Shown here: piece after piece, positions 1-9,456 of the stretch
How positions within the stretch are numbered: position 1 is the first letter of the stretch
Layout: each line of letters starts with the position of its first letter
NCBI GenBank assembly: GCA_902563095.1
Contig: CACEWA010000006.1
Coordinates: 6,713-70,712, forward strand
Direction: 5' to 3'
Length of the DNA: 64,000 nt
From: an uncultured Candidatus Poseidoniales archaeon
GTDB lineage: Archaea; Thermoplasmatota; Poseidoniia; Poseidoniales; Poseidoniaceae
Notes under the pieces: generated by a model
What the model was told of the DNA's origin: nothing
The model's database searches: none
Seen by the model: only the letters and a program-made list of their open reading frames with translations
Translations under genes and position numbers: made by a program

Positions 1-72
1 TTCTTCAAGGCCATGGAATAAAGGTTCACAATTGATGAATGAAACCCTGCCTATGGTTTTCTCCCAAGTCAT
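1..72 (-). CDS. 5' end (24 codons) of a gene running off the left edge. The N-terminus resembles MqnA/MqnD-family (futalosine-pathway menaquinone biosynthesis) proteins.
   Basis: My own minus-strand translation from the ATG at 72..70 gives MTWEKTIGRVSFINCEPLFHGLEE. The G-R-V-x-F-x-N-C-x-P-L-x-x-G-L start is typical of MqnA/MqnD N-termini. The ATG directly abuts the TAA stop (75..73) of the upstream radical SAM gene. Only 24 aa are visible. Confidence 0.4.
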   Translation of the reverse strand, partial: MTWEKTIGRVSFINCEPLFHGLEE

Positions 73-1263
73 TTAATCACCTACCGCCATTTGCAAACTT
101 ATCCGCTTTGGAACTTTAGATGGAATGAATTCAACAAATGATGAATATGTTGTGTTTCTCTGTATGGGTATTGAGCCCGAATTTGAAACAATCTTGGCTA
201 ATTGAGCCTTATCATGATCTAATGGGGCGTTAGAACCTGCAAGATGCATTATGGATTCTTTTTGCACGGTTCCATCAATGTCATCGGCTCCAAATTGCAG
301 AGCCAATTCAGACACTTCATCGCCTAGATTCATTCGATACGCTTTGATGTGAGGGATATTATTCAACATCAATCTAGAAATTGCAATTACTCTAAGGATT
401 TCACTACCTGTAGCTAATTGTGCTTCAGGCAAACGAGAATCGTCTGGTAAAAACGGATATGGTACAAAGCATTGGAAACCATTTGTCTCCGATTGTAAGT
501 CTCTTAATTTTATCATGTGCAAAACTCGATGTTCAATCGATTCAATAGTGCCGTATAACATAGTGCAATTAGTTGGAATTCCTAATTCATGAGCAGTCCT
601 GTGGATCTCCAAGTACTCCGCGGAAGATTCCTTTCCACGACAAATAACTTCACGGACTTCATCATCAAGTATTTCGGCTCCTCCACCAGGCAATGAACCC
701 AAACCAGATTCCTTTAGTAAAGTCAAAGTTTCTTGTATTGAAATTTCAGATAATTTGGCGATGTGTTTGATTTCAACCGCTGTTAGTGCTTTGATGTGGA
801 TATGTGGGAATTCTTTACGTGTTTGTCTAAACAACTCAGTGTAATGCTCTATTCCCCATTCTGGATGTAGACCCCCTACAGAATGTACTTCATCCACATG
901 ATTAGAATAGGTGCGTAAATCTTCGATATACTCGTCGATTTCCAACTGATATGCATCTTCAGCACGCTTACCTCGTCTAAATGCACAGAACTTACAAGCT
1001 AATGTGCAAATATTGGTTTGATTGATATGAACATTGACATTAAAGAAAACCTTGTTGTCAAATCTTGAGCGTTTTACGGTATCTGCAAGATGTCCAAGCG
1101 TATCCAAATCTTTGTAGTGAAACAAGTATTTGCCATCCTCCAAAGAAAGAGGCGTATCTTCAGATAATTTAGTGACAATATGGCTCAAATCTTCAGGCCA
1201 ATTATCCGTCGATAACGATTCGGACAGAGCGTCTTGCCAATTAGGCGCTTCGCCGTCTGCCAT
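73..1263 (-). CDS. Radical SAM enzyme of the MqnE/MqnC/CofH family (aminofutalosine synthase or cyclic dehypoxanthine futalosine synthase type)
   Basis: 396 aa. It has the CxxxCxxC cluster NICTLACKFCAF plus family strings SLPGGGAEILDDEVR, GIPTNCTMLYGTIES and LRDLQSETNGFQCFVPYPF. It is followed immediately by an MqnA/D-like gene start. Confidence 0.8.
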   Translation of the reverse strand: MADGEAPNWQDALSESLSTDNWPEDLSHIVTKLSEDTPLSLEDGKYLFHYKDLDTLGHLADTVKRSRFDNKVFFNVNVHINQTNICTLACKFCAFRRGKRAEDAYQLEIDEYIEDLRTYSNHVDEVHSVGGLHPEWGIEHYTELFRQTRKEFPHIHIKALTAVEIKHIAKLSEISIQETLTLLKESGLGSLPGGGAEILDDEVREVICRGKESSAEYLEIHRTAHELGIPTNCTMLYGTIESIEHRVLHMIKLRDLQSETNGFQCFVPYPFLPDDSRLPEAQLATGSEILRVIAISRLMLNNIPHIKAYRMNLGDEVSELALQFGADDIDGTVQKESIMHLAGSNAPLDHDKAQLAKIVSNSGSIPIQRNTTYSSFVEFIPSKVPKRISLQMAVGD

Positions 1264-1299
1264 GGTTACCCGTCAAACTAGATGTTTTTGAATTAGCGT

Positions 1300-4098
1300 T
1301 TAGACACGCTTGTTAGTTCTAACGCGGAATATACCTGTTGAACGGAGCAATTTACGGAACTCTTCGACCATAAAGACAGTACTTGCCACTAGTACAATTA
1401 CAATCCAGTCATCACGTTCAAGAGGGATTGTAGAAAGCAATTCTCCAATTTCAAACGATGTTAATGGGATTACTATATCCGCGCCTTGAACAACCAACAA
1501 TAGCAATGCCACCGAGAAGAATATTGCAAGATAAATTGCTCGATTTGAAAACAATCCTAACTTGAATACACTGTGTTCATTGCTTCTACAATTCATTACA
1601 TTGAACAGTTGGAATACTATGAAGACGCTAAAGCACATTGTTTGGGCGTATTCTTCCGTGCCGTTTTGAAGTGCAAGGAAGTAAACAATCAATGTTCCTG
1701 CCACCATAACTGCACCTAGGTAGAAAATCAACAGTAGATCAAGCAAATTGGGTAACGATTCATCTACGGGCCGCGGAGGCCTGTTCATCACATTAGCATG
1801 CATACGCTCAACACCCAGGGCTACTGCGGGAGGTCCATCCATTAGGATGTTGATCACAAGTATCTGTGTTGCAGTCAATGGAAGAGGCCAACCAAATACA
1901 ACTCTAGCAAGCAATAACAATGCAACCGCGGCGACATTTGTAGAAACCTGATATCTTACGAAATTCCTAATATTAGTGTAGATTTTTCTTCCTTCTTCAA
2001 CAGCATTAACGATGTTAGCGAAATTATCATCTTGTAACACCATATCTGAAGCGTCTTTAGCTACGTCAGTACCTGCAATACCCATAGAGATTCCAATATT
2101 AGCTCTTGAGAGCGCTGGCGCATCGTTTACACCATCCCCGGTCATTGCAACAACTTCACCTTCATCTTGAAGAGCAGTAACAATGCGCATTTTTTGTTCA
2201 GGTGTAACTCTACTGAAAATTGCAGTACCTGAAACAATATCCCTCATCGCTTCATCGTTTAATTCTTCTAATCGGTCACCACCTACAGAATCAATGTGTG
2301 GTTTGGTGATATTCAAATCTTCACCAATGGCTTGTGCTGTCATCTGTTGATCGCCAGTAATCATTTTGACATCTATACCTGCCTTTTGACATCTTAGAAT
2401 AGCATCATAAACTTCTGAACGAGGAGGATCCATTATACCGACCATTCCTAAGAAAATCAGATTGTTTTCCATAGATTCCATGTCTGTAATATCGTCTTCT
2501 GGCTCTACCTTTCGTGCACACAAAGCAATAACTCTCATGGCTTTGCTAGCCATCAAACGATTGGCTTCGGATGCTTGTTCGAAATCTCCATCTTCAATTG
2601 CAATAATTTTACCGTTAGATACTTTCCAATTAACCAAAGTCCTGAATCCACCGGCTCCACCTTTGCAGAAAATCCAATCTTCGCCTTCATATTCATGAAT
2701 TACAGACATTCTCTTCCTATCTGTATTGAAAAAGAATTCATGTTTTCTAGGATGTCTCTGCGCGAATTTTGCAACTGATCCATTAATCTTGTATCCGAGC
2801 ACTGCGCATGCACTATCTGTAGGATCGCCAATAGCTGACCATTGACCATCGATTTCAGCAATTTGTGAATTGTGGCAGAGAGATAGACATGCTGCAGTCA
2901 ATCTGAATCCTAGGTCTCTCTGTAATTCTGACATCTCTTCGTCATCTAATTCTTTATTCTCAGAAGTCAAAGTCCCTTCAGGGAGAAAACCTTCGCCAGT
3001 GATGCCAAATACCTTGCCAGGTAGCATCAACTGCCTTACAGTCATTTGATTCTTGGTCAATGTTCCGGTTTTGTCTGTACAGATTACTGTTGTAGAACCA
3101 AGTGTTTCCACTGCCTTCATTCTACGAATAATTGCTTTGTGACGCGCCATATTACGCATACCTATTGCTAATGTAGTTACCAGAATAATCGGCAACCCCT
3201 CGGGAACTATTGCGACGAAGATTGCAATTGCAACCAAGAATTGGAATTTGGCTTCTGTCCATAGATCGCCTCCATCTACATATTCTAGAATCAAACCTAT
3301 AGAAACGATTAATGCGGCAACAATCAATGCGATAAATCCAAGGAATTTACCTAATGACTCTAACTTATGCTCCAAGGGTGTTTTAGGAGTCTCGGCTTCA
3401 GCAATATCGCTGGCTATCTTGCCCAGTTCGGTCTTCATCCCCGTTGCTGTAACAATACCAACTGCTCTTCCAGTAGAAATTGTTGTACCCATGTACAGCA
3501 TATTTTTTCTGTCTGCTAGAAGAGTTTCTGGGGGAAGTGAATCTTCATTCACCTTAGCAGGCATAGACTCACCTGTTAATGCAGATTCATCCACTTTACA
3601 TTGCCATGCTTCGCTGACACGTATATCTGCAGGGACATTTAATCCTTCTTCGATTTTAACTATGTCTCCAGGGACCAATTGTGAAGTATTTATCTCCAAT
3701 TCCATGCCATCTCGGCAAACTATACATCTGGATATTGTCATTTGCTTTAGTGCACCCATTTCCTGTTCTGCTTTGTTTTCTTGCCAATATCCGAAAAAGG
3801 CATTCAGAGTTAGTACTATACCTATGAAGATCGCATCACCAGGTTTGTCAGGATGGGTTGCCAAAGCAAGTAAACCTGCTCCGATTAGAAGATAGTTAAG
3901 TGGATCATGGTATTGCGATATGAATCTAATGAATGCAGATACCTTTTCAGGTTCACGAAGTTTGTTTTCACCATACTTATCGAGACGGATTTCTGCTTCT
4001 TTGGCCGATAGACCACCCAAAGGTGTACCAAATTCGGATATTACCTCATCTCCGCTTTTTGTGTGCCATAATGTATCTGACATAACACCGCCAACCAT
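1300..4098 (-). CDS. Cation-transporting P-type ATPase (type II, Ca2+/cation pump-like)
   Basis: 932 aa. It carries the phosphorylation motif ICTDKTGTLT, the TGES actuator motif (LTGESMP), the hinge motif MTGDGVNDAPAL, and about 10 predicted TM segments. Confidence 0.9.
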   Translation of the reverse strand: MVGGVMSDTLWHTKSGDEVISEFGTPLGGLSAKEAEIRLDKYGENKLREPEKVSAFIRFISQYHDPLNYLLIGAGLLALATHPDKPGDAIFIGIVLTLNAFFGYWQENKAEQEMGALKQMTISRCIVCRDGMELEINTSQLVPGDIVKIEEGLNVPADIRVSEAWQCKVDESALTGESMPAKVNEDSLPPETLLADRKNMLYMGTTISTGRAVGIVTATGMKTELGKIASDIAEAETPKTPLEHKLESLGKFLGFIALIVAALIVSIGLILEYVDGGDLWTEAKFQFLVAIAIFVAIVPEGLPIILVTTLAIGMRNMARHKAIIRRMKAVETLGSTTVICTDKTGTLTKNQMTVRQLMLPGKVFGITGEGFLPEGTLTSENKELDDEEMSELQRDLGFRLTAACLSLCHNSQIAEIDGQWSAIGDPTDSACAVLGYKINGSVAKFAQRHPRKHEFFFNTDRKRMSVIHEYEGEDWIFCKGGAGGFRTLVNWKVSNGKIIAIEDGDFEQASEANRLMASKAMRVIALCARKVEPEDDITDMESMENNLIFLGMVGIMDPPRSEVYDAILRCQKAGIDVKMITGDQQMTAQAIGEDLNITKPHIDSVGGDRLEELNDEAMRDIVSGTAIFSRVTPEQKMRIVTALQDEGEVVAMTGDGVNDAPALSRANIGISMGIAGTDVAKDASDMVLQDDNFANIVNAVEEGRKIYTNIRNFVRYQVSTNVAAVALLLLARVVFGWPLPLTATQILVINILMDGPPAVALGVERMHANVMNRPPRPVDESLPNLLDLLLIFYLGAVMVAGTLIVYFLALQNGTEEYAQTMCFSVFIVFQLFNVMNCRSNEHSVFKLGLFSNRAIYLAIFFSVALLLLVVQGADIVIPLTSFEIGELLSTIPLERDDWIVIVLVASTVFMVEEFRKLLRSTGIFRVRTNKRV

Positions 4099-4166
4099 GC
4101 GCTATATTTTCGGGATAATACATATCTTATCATTATACGGGTGGGTTTCCCTTACTTCTTATCCGA

Positions 4167-4181
4167 TTATTTGACAAATAA
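4167..4181. promoter_or_regulatory. Perfect 15-bp palindrome TTATTTG-A-CAAATAA in the divergent ATPase/OPT intergenic region; candidate operator
   Basis: Read directly from the sequence. The 7-1-7 dyad ends 18 nt upstream of the OPT ATG (4200), inside a 101-bp AT-rich divergent promoter region. Confidence 0.3.
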
Positions 4182-4199
4182 GTTGCTGGTCGGAGAGTT

Positions 4200-6293
4200 A
4201 TGAGCGGAGAGGGAGAGCCATGGATTCCAGCTCATATGAATATACAAGAATTGACAGTTAGGGTTATTGTCATAGGTGTCCTTCTTGGAGGAGTGATGAC
4301 CGCTGCTAACGCTTACCTTGGATTGTATGTTGGAATGACGGTTTCTGCTTCAATTCCTGCCGCAGTAATGAGTATGCTTATTCTTCGTGGATTCAAATTC
4401 AAGGACGTTACTATACTGGAAAATAACTCAGTCCAAACAATGGCCAGCGCTGGTGAATCGTTGGCTGCAGGTGTCATATTTACAGTACCAGCGCTACTAG
4501 TATTGGGTATTTGGGATGACATCCAGTGGGTAGACACTTTCCTGATTGCTATTCTTGGAGGATTACTAGGTACAATGTTTACCATAGCGTTACGAAGATT
4601 ATTCATCGTCGAAGAAGCGTTACCATACCCTGAAGGCGTTGCATGTCGTGAAGTATTGGTTGCTGGAGAGAAAGGAGGTTCTGGACTAATTGCTATCATT
4701 TATGCTCTTCTTATTGGGGCTACTTACGGTTGGATGGTTAAAGGGTTCAAAGCCACTCATTCGAAATTAGAAGGAGTAGGAGAAGCACTGGGTACCCGCT
4801 TTTATGCAGGAAGCGAACTATCATTGGCATTACTTTCTGTCGGATATATTGTAGGTCTACGAATTGCATCATTTATTTTCCTAGGAGGTGTAGTAGGATT
4901 CGCTATTCTTGTGCCAATATACGGATTGTTTAACGGATTCCCTGATGGAACAGGTATGTTGAATACAATCGGCGTTTATGATTACAAAGAGGTATGGGGG
5001 ACACAAATTCGCTATGCTGGTGTAGGCGCGATGGTAGTTGGAGGAGTATACACTCTGTGGTCTATGAGGAAGACTATCGCAGAAGGATTATCTAAAGCAT
5101 TCACGAAAGGTGATGAGGATGAAAACCTATTGAGGACTGAAATGGATTTACCATTGGACAAAGTTATGATGTTCTGTGGCGTCTTGGTAGTACTGATTTT
5201 CTTATTCTATTGGTATGCAACTGGAAGTGTCGTTATGGCCTTGGCTGGAGCATTATTCCTTGCAGTAGTATCATTCTTCTTTGCAGCAGTAGCAGGATAT
5301 ATTGCTGGTGTTGTTGGTTCTTCGAATTCACCTGTTTCTGGAATGACAATCGCAACCTTACTTTTCACTATAGGTTTAGTTTGGATAGTAGGCGGGCTGA
5401 TTATGGGTATGGGCCAAACCGAAATGATGGTCGCAACGATGTTTATTGCCGCAATTGTAGCAACTTCTGCAGCAATTGCAGGCGATGTAATGCAGGATCT
5501 GAAAACTGGCCACATGGTTGGTGCAACACCTTGGAGACAGCAAACAGCGGAAATAATCGGAGTGACTGTTGGAGCAATTGTTATTGGTCCTGTTTTATCA
5601 ATTCTACATGACGCTTTCAGAATATCTAATACAGCATGCATGGCTAACCCAAGGCCAGAAGACCCAACATGCCAGGATGCCTTGTTTGCGCCTCAAGCAG
5701 AATTGATTGGAGCAATCGTTCAAGGAGCATTTGGTGGAGAAATCAATCTCCCTATGGTTCTCTTAGGAGCTGTGATCGCAGTAGTACTGATTAGATTAGC
5801 AATGCCTGTAATGAGCGTTGCAATCGGCATATACCTTCCATTATACCTTTCAGTACCAATTATGGCAGGTGGAATTATTTCACACGTCTTACTATCTAGT
5901 GCACGGTTGAGAATAGATGGAACGCTAGAGGGGGAGGCTAGCGAAGAAGCAAACTTTGCGATAAAGGAAGTTCAAGACAAAGGAGTTCTCATCGGTGCAG
6001 GATTCATTGCAGGTGAGTCTCTTATGGGCGTTCTATTAGCAATATTCATTGTTGCAGAAATGGATCCTTCATCATGGTTTGGAGGTATAGGGACCCTATC
6101 TTACAGTCTATCTGTAGTGTTCTTTGCTTGGTTCGTGGGGGTATTCATCATGTTATCAGCCCGCTCACTCCCGAATAAAGGAAATCTAGCTTCAGACCTT
6201 GTATTTATTGCATCTGATGCTTCAAAGAGACTTCGTAATGCTTTCAGTCTACCCGAGCTACCAACATCGAATAATAACGAAAAATCTGATTAA
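4200..6293 (+). CDS. OPT-family oligopeptide transporter
   Basis: 697-aa polytopic membrane protein. The N-terminal string TAANAYLGLYVGMTVSASIPAAVMS and the overall architecture are typical of OPT-superfamily transporters. It is a paralogue of the truncated gene at the right edge. Confidence 0.8.
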   Translation: MSGEGEPWIPAHMNIQELTVRVIVIGVLLGGVMTAANAYLGLYVGMTVSASIPAAVMSMLILRGFKFKDVTILENNSVQTMASAGESLAAGVIFTVPALLVLGIWDDIQWVDTFLIAILGGLLGTMFTIALRRLFIVEEALPYPEGVACREVLVAGEKGGSGLIAIIYALLIGATYGWMVKGFKATHSKLEGVGEALGTRFYAGSELSLALLSVGYIVGLRIASFIFLGGVVGFAILVPIYGLFNGFPDGTGMLNTIGVYDYKEVWGTQIRYAGVGAMVVGGVYTLWSMRKTIAEGLSKAFTKGDEDENLLRTEMDLPLDKVMMFCGVLVVLIFLFYWYATGSVVMALAGALFLAVVSFFFAAVAGYIAGVVGSSNSPVSGMTIATLLFTIGLVWIVGGLIMGMGQTEMMVATMFIAAIVATSAAIAGDVMQDLKTGHMVGATPWRQQTAEIIGVTVGAIVIGPVLSILHDAFRISNTACMANPRPEDPTCQDALFAPQAELIGAIVQGAFGGEINLPMVLLGAVIAVVLIRLAMPVMSVAIGIYLPLYLSVPIMAGGIISHVLLSSARLRIDGTLEGEASEEANFAIKEVQDKGVLIGAGFIAGESLMGVLLAIFIVAEMDPSSWFGGIGTLSYSLSVVFFAWFVGVFIMLSARSLPNKGNLASDLVFIASDASKRLRNAFSLPELPTSNNNEKSD

Positions 6294-6361
6294 TTATCGC
6301 AATAATTTGAACACAAGCATCAAAGGCCATACGCAAAGGCCAATGTTTCGTAGGGGACATT

Positions 6362-7189
6362 ATGCCGGGAATGAGTATCTCTGAAATGGAAGAAATGGCA
6401 CGCAAATGCAGGGTCGAAATTTGTAAGATGACCCATAGGGCTCAAGCAGGCCATCCAGGAGGCTCGCTTTCTGAAATTGATATTCTGTGTGGCTTATACG
6501 GTCATAGACTACGTGTCAAACCAGATGACCCAGACTGGGATGACAGAGATCGATTTATTCTATCCAAAGGACATGCATCACCAGGAATGTATGCTATATT
6601 AGCAGAAATGGGATTCATTTCCCATGAAGACCTCAAATCATACCGAGTCAAGGGCGGAGTTTGCCAAGGTCATGTCGATATGAAATGGTGCCCTGGAGTC
6701 GATTTCTCTGCCGGTAGTTTAGGTATGGGATTATCATTTGGAATGGGTTGTGCTGTTGCCGCAAAACTAGATGGTTCAAACAGAAATGCCTACGTTATGG
6801 TAGGAGATGGAGAGATACAGGAAGGTAGTGTATGGGAGGCAGCAATGGCTGCAACTCATCACGAACTTGGAAACCTGAAATTATTCTTAGATTGCAACGG
6901 AATTCAGAATGATGATTTCTGTGAAGCACAGATGCGCATGTTCGATATTCCAGCTAAATGGAACTCGTTCGGTTGGGCTGTCAAAGTGATAGATGGACAT
7001 GATATGACCTCTATTGTAGAAGCAATTGATTGGATGGATACAATAGATGACAAGCCTGCTGTAGTTATTGCTAAAACTATCAAGGGCAAAGGGGTTTCAT
7101 TTATGGAAAACAATCCAGCATTCCACGGGGCCGCACCATCTGATGAACAATTGGCTCAGGCACTATCAGAATTGGGGGTCGAAGTATGA
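6362..7189 (+). CDS. Transketolase, N-terminal (TPP-binding) subunit
   Basis: 275 aa with GHPGGSLSEIDIL, RDRFILSKGHASPGMYAIL and GDGEIQEGSVWEA. It overlaps the C-terminal subunit gene by 4 nt. Confidence 0.9.
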   Translation: MPGMSISEMEEMARKCRVEICKMTHRAQAGHPGGSLSEIDILCGLYGHRLRVKPDDPDWDDRDRFILSKGHASPGMYAILAEMGFISHEDLKSYRVKGGVCQGHVDMKWCPGVDFSAGSLGMGLSFGMGCAVAAKLDGSNRNAYVMVGDGEIQEGSVWEAAMAATHHELGNLKLFLDCNGIQNDDFCEAQMRMFDIPAKWNSFGWAVKVIDGHDMTSIVEAIDWMDTIDDKPAVVIAKTIKGKGVSFMENNPAFHGAAPSDEQLAQALSELGVEV

Positions 7190-8124
7190 GTAGAATGGCT
7201 GCTACCCGTGATGGATATGGTGATGCACTACTGGCATTAGCCGATAATTCAAAAGTTGTAGTTTTAGAAGCAGATCTAGGTAAATCTACCAAATCTCTTC
7301 ACTTCAGAAAAGCCCACCCTGAGAGAACTGTTTCATGTGGGATTGGGGAACAAAACATGTTGTTAGTTGCTGCAGGTCTAGCTTCTAACGGTTACATTCC
7401 ATTTGCTAGCACATTCGCTATATTTACCGAACGTGCATTCGAACAAATGCGAAATGGAATTGCTAGACCTAATTTGGCTGTGCACCTTTGTGGTTCCCAT
7501 GGAGGGACACACACAGGAACTGATGGTTCTAGTGCTCAATCGATTGAAGACCTAGCAATTTATCGTACTCTACCCAATGTAGTAGTCATGCACCCATGTG
7601 ATGATGTATCTACAAAGGCGTTAACTATGCAATTACCTGGATTAGGCTCACCTTCGTACATGCGAACTGCTCGAAATAAGACGCCAGTGCTTTATGATGG
7701 AAGAGAAAGTGAAGTTGAAATTGGTAAAGGAATTGTATTGAGCGAAGGTAGTGATGTAGCAATAATCGCCTGTGGAGTTTTGGTGCATGAATCATTAGAA
7801 GCAGCCGAAAAACTGAGTGCTGAGGGAATTAGTGCTACTGTAGTTGACATGCATACAATCAAACCTCTAGATACTGATTTAATCGATTCATTGTCACAAA
7901 AATGTGGTGCTATTGTCACTGCAGAAGACCATTCGGTTATCGGTGGCCTAGGTGGTGCTGTAGCAGAACATATAGTGGGTTCAAATCCTGTTCCAATGGA
8001 GAAAATAGGAGTTCAAGATCGTTTTGGAGAATCAGCTGGCGCAGAAGAAATGCTCGAAATGATGGGGCTAAAATCGCATCATATTTGTGACGCTGTCAAG
8101 AAGGTAATCGCGAGGAAGGTTTGA
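7186..8124 (+). CDS. Transketolase, C-terminal (pyrimidine-binding/C-terminal domain) subunit
   Basis: 312 aa with ATRDGYGDAL, VVLEADLGKST and GIGEQNMLLVAAGLA. This is the split tkt arrangement typical of archaea. Confidence 0.9.
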   Translation: MSRMAATRDGYGDALLALADNSKVVVLEADLGKSTKSLHFRKAHPERTVSCGIGEQNMLLVAAGLASNGYIPFASTFAIFTERAFEQMRNGIARPNLAVHLCGSHGGTHTGTDGSSAQSIEDLAIYRTLPNVVVMHPCDDVSTKALTMQLPGLGSPSYMRTARNKTPVLYDGRESEVEIGKGIVLSEGSDVAIIACGVLVHESLEAAEKLSAEGISATVVDMHTIKPLDTDLIDSLSQKCGAIVTAEDHSVIGGLGGAVAEHIVGSNPVPMEKIGVQDRFGESAGAEEMLEMMGLKSHHICDAVKKVIARKV

Positions 8125-8150
8125 AGCACTGTCTATGACGACACCCCTGC

Positions 8151-8810
8151 ATGGAGTTCTTTCTAGACACCGCTGACGTTGACGAAATTCGTGAGATTGC
8201 CTCATGGGGCATTCTTGACGGAGTAACTACAAATCCATCACTGATTAAGAAAAGTGGAAGAGATTTCAAAACTGTTGTAGCAGAAATAGCTGCAATATGT
8301 GATGGACCAATCTCTGCAGAAGTTACCGCACTAGATACTGATGGAATGGTAGAACAGGGTAGGGCACTGAAGGCTGAACTGCCTGAAAATGTAATCATCA
8401 AAATTCCTTGTACGCCTGAAGGACTAGCAGCAACAAAAATTCTTACTGCTGATGGAATTAAGACAAATGTAACTCTGATTTTCTCAGCATCACAGGCCTT
8501 GATGGCTGCTAAAGCGGGCGCTACTTACGTTTCACCCTTTATTGGCAGAATAGATGATACAGGAGCGGACGGAATGGCCCTGATTGCTGAAATTATGGCT
8601 ACCTGGGATAACTATGACGTTAGCACGAAAGTACTTGCAGCATCGATTAGGCACCCAACACATGTTTTAGCATGCATGCAATTAGGTGCTCACACAGTGA
8701 CTATGCCAACAAAAATATTCAGACAATTAATGAGTCATCCTCTTACTGACAAAGGCCTTGCTGGGTTCATGAAAGACTGGGCAGAGGTTGAAGCAGCCGG
8801 TAATGCCTGA
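8151..8810 (+). CDS. Transaldolase / fructose-6-phosphate aldolase family (short TalC/Fsa type)
   Basis: 219 aa with [31 protein letters not shown] and [32 protein letters not shown]. Confidence 0.9.
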   Translation: MEFFLDTADVDEIREIASWGILDGVTTNPSLIKKSGRDFKTVVAEIAAICDGPISAEVTALDTDGMVEQGRALKAELPENVIIKIPCTPEGLAATKILTADGIKTNVTLIFSASQALMAAKAGATYVSPFIGRIDDTGADGMALIAEIMATWDNYDVSTKVLAASIRHPTHVLACMQLGAHTVTMPTKIFRQLMSHPLTDKGLAGFMKDWAEVEAAGNA

Positions 8811-8856
8811 AGCGAACGCTTGATAATGAGCACCTGCCCACATCGACCCGGAGGCG

Positions 8857-9417
8857 ATGAGCGTGAGTACTCATGATGACAAGGTAAAGCGTCTTCTAGA
8901 TGGTGAAATTGATGAGGCAGAAATTGCCGCAGACCCTGTTCTTTCAAGTCTTGCTGAGAGGATTTTTGGGCTCAATATTGAACCGATAGCGCCAACGAAA
9001 CCGAGCCAACAACCAGTTGGTCCTGAAGTTGAAGTTATTGCAGCAAAAACATCTCATGAACCTATGATTGAGATCATTCCTGGTGCTGCACCTGCGCCTT
9101 CAATGGCGCTACCAGATTTACCAGCCATACCTAAGGATGGTGCCGAAAATAAAAATGGCGGTATGCTTCTGAAGGTTTTCGGACTGACATCACTAATTGT
9201 CGCCGTAGCAAACATATTCGGATTGTTCGGATTCCTAAACTCGCAATGTACTGCTGCAAAGTGTACTGAAGAAGCAACTAGAATTAACTGGGCCGGTATT
9301 CACAATATCGGCAATGAACTCGGTTGGTCTATGCCATTTCCGGAAATGGGAATACCTGATTATGTTGCTGTGACTTGCAGCATACTAGTCTTAATTGTGG
9401 CATTCCTAAGGAAATAA
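8857..9417 (+). CDS. Hypothetical membrane protein (acidic/Pro-rich N-terminal part, two C-terminal TM helices)
   Basis: 186-aa ORF filling the tal-proS gap. It has hydrophobic segments LLKVFGLTSLIVAVANIFGLFGF and YVAVTCSILVLIVAFL. I recognise no family. Confidence 0.5.
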   Translation: MSVSTHDDKVKRLLDGEIDEAEIAADPVLSSLAERIFGLNIEPIAPTKPSQQPVGPEVEVIAAKTSHEPMIEIIPGAAPAPSMALPDLPAIPKDGAENKNGGMLLKVFGLTSLIVAVANIFGLFGFLNSQCTAAKCTEEATRINWAGIHNIGNELGWSMPFPEMGIPDYVAVTCSILVLIVAFLRK

Positions 9418-9456
9418 TGCGGCAATTTGATGAATAGAGCACATGGAGTGTTAATT

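Noticed and set aside
3248-3895. 215-aa plus-strand ORF lying entirely antisense within the P-type ATPase gene
   Set aside because: It is a shadow ORF opposite a strongly supported 932-aa gene. Its translation is low-complexity (S/P/I-rich) with no recognisable motif. Similar antisense ORFs (1748..1951, 2462..2698, 3920..4174) fall in the same category.
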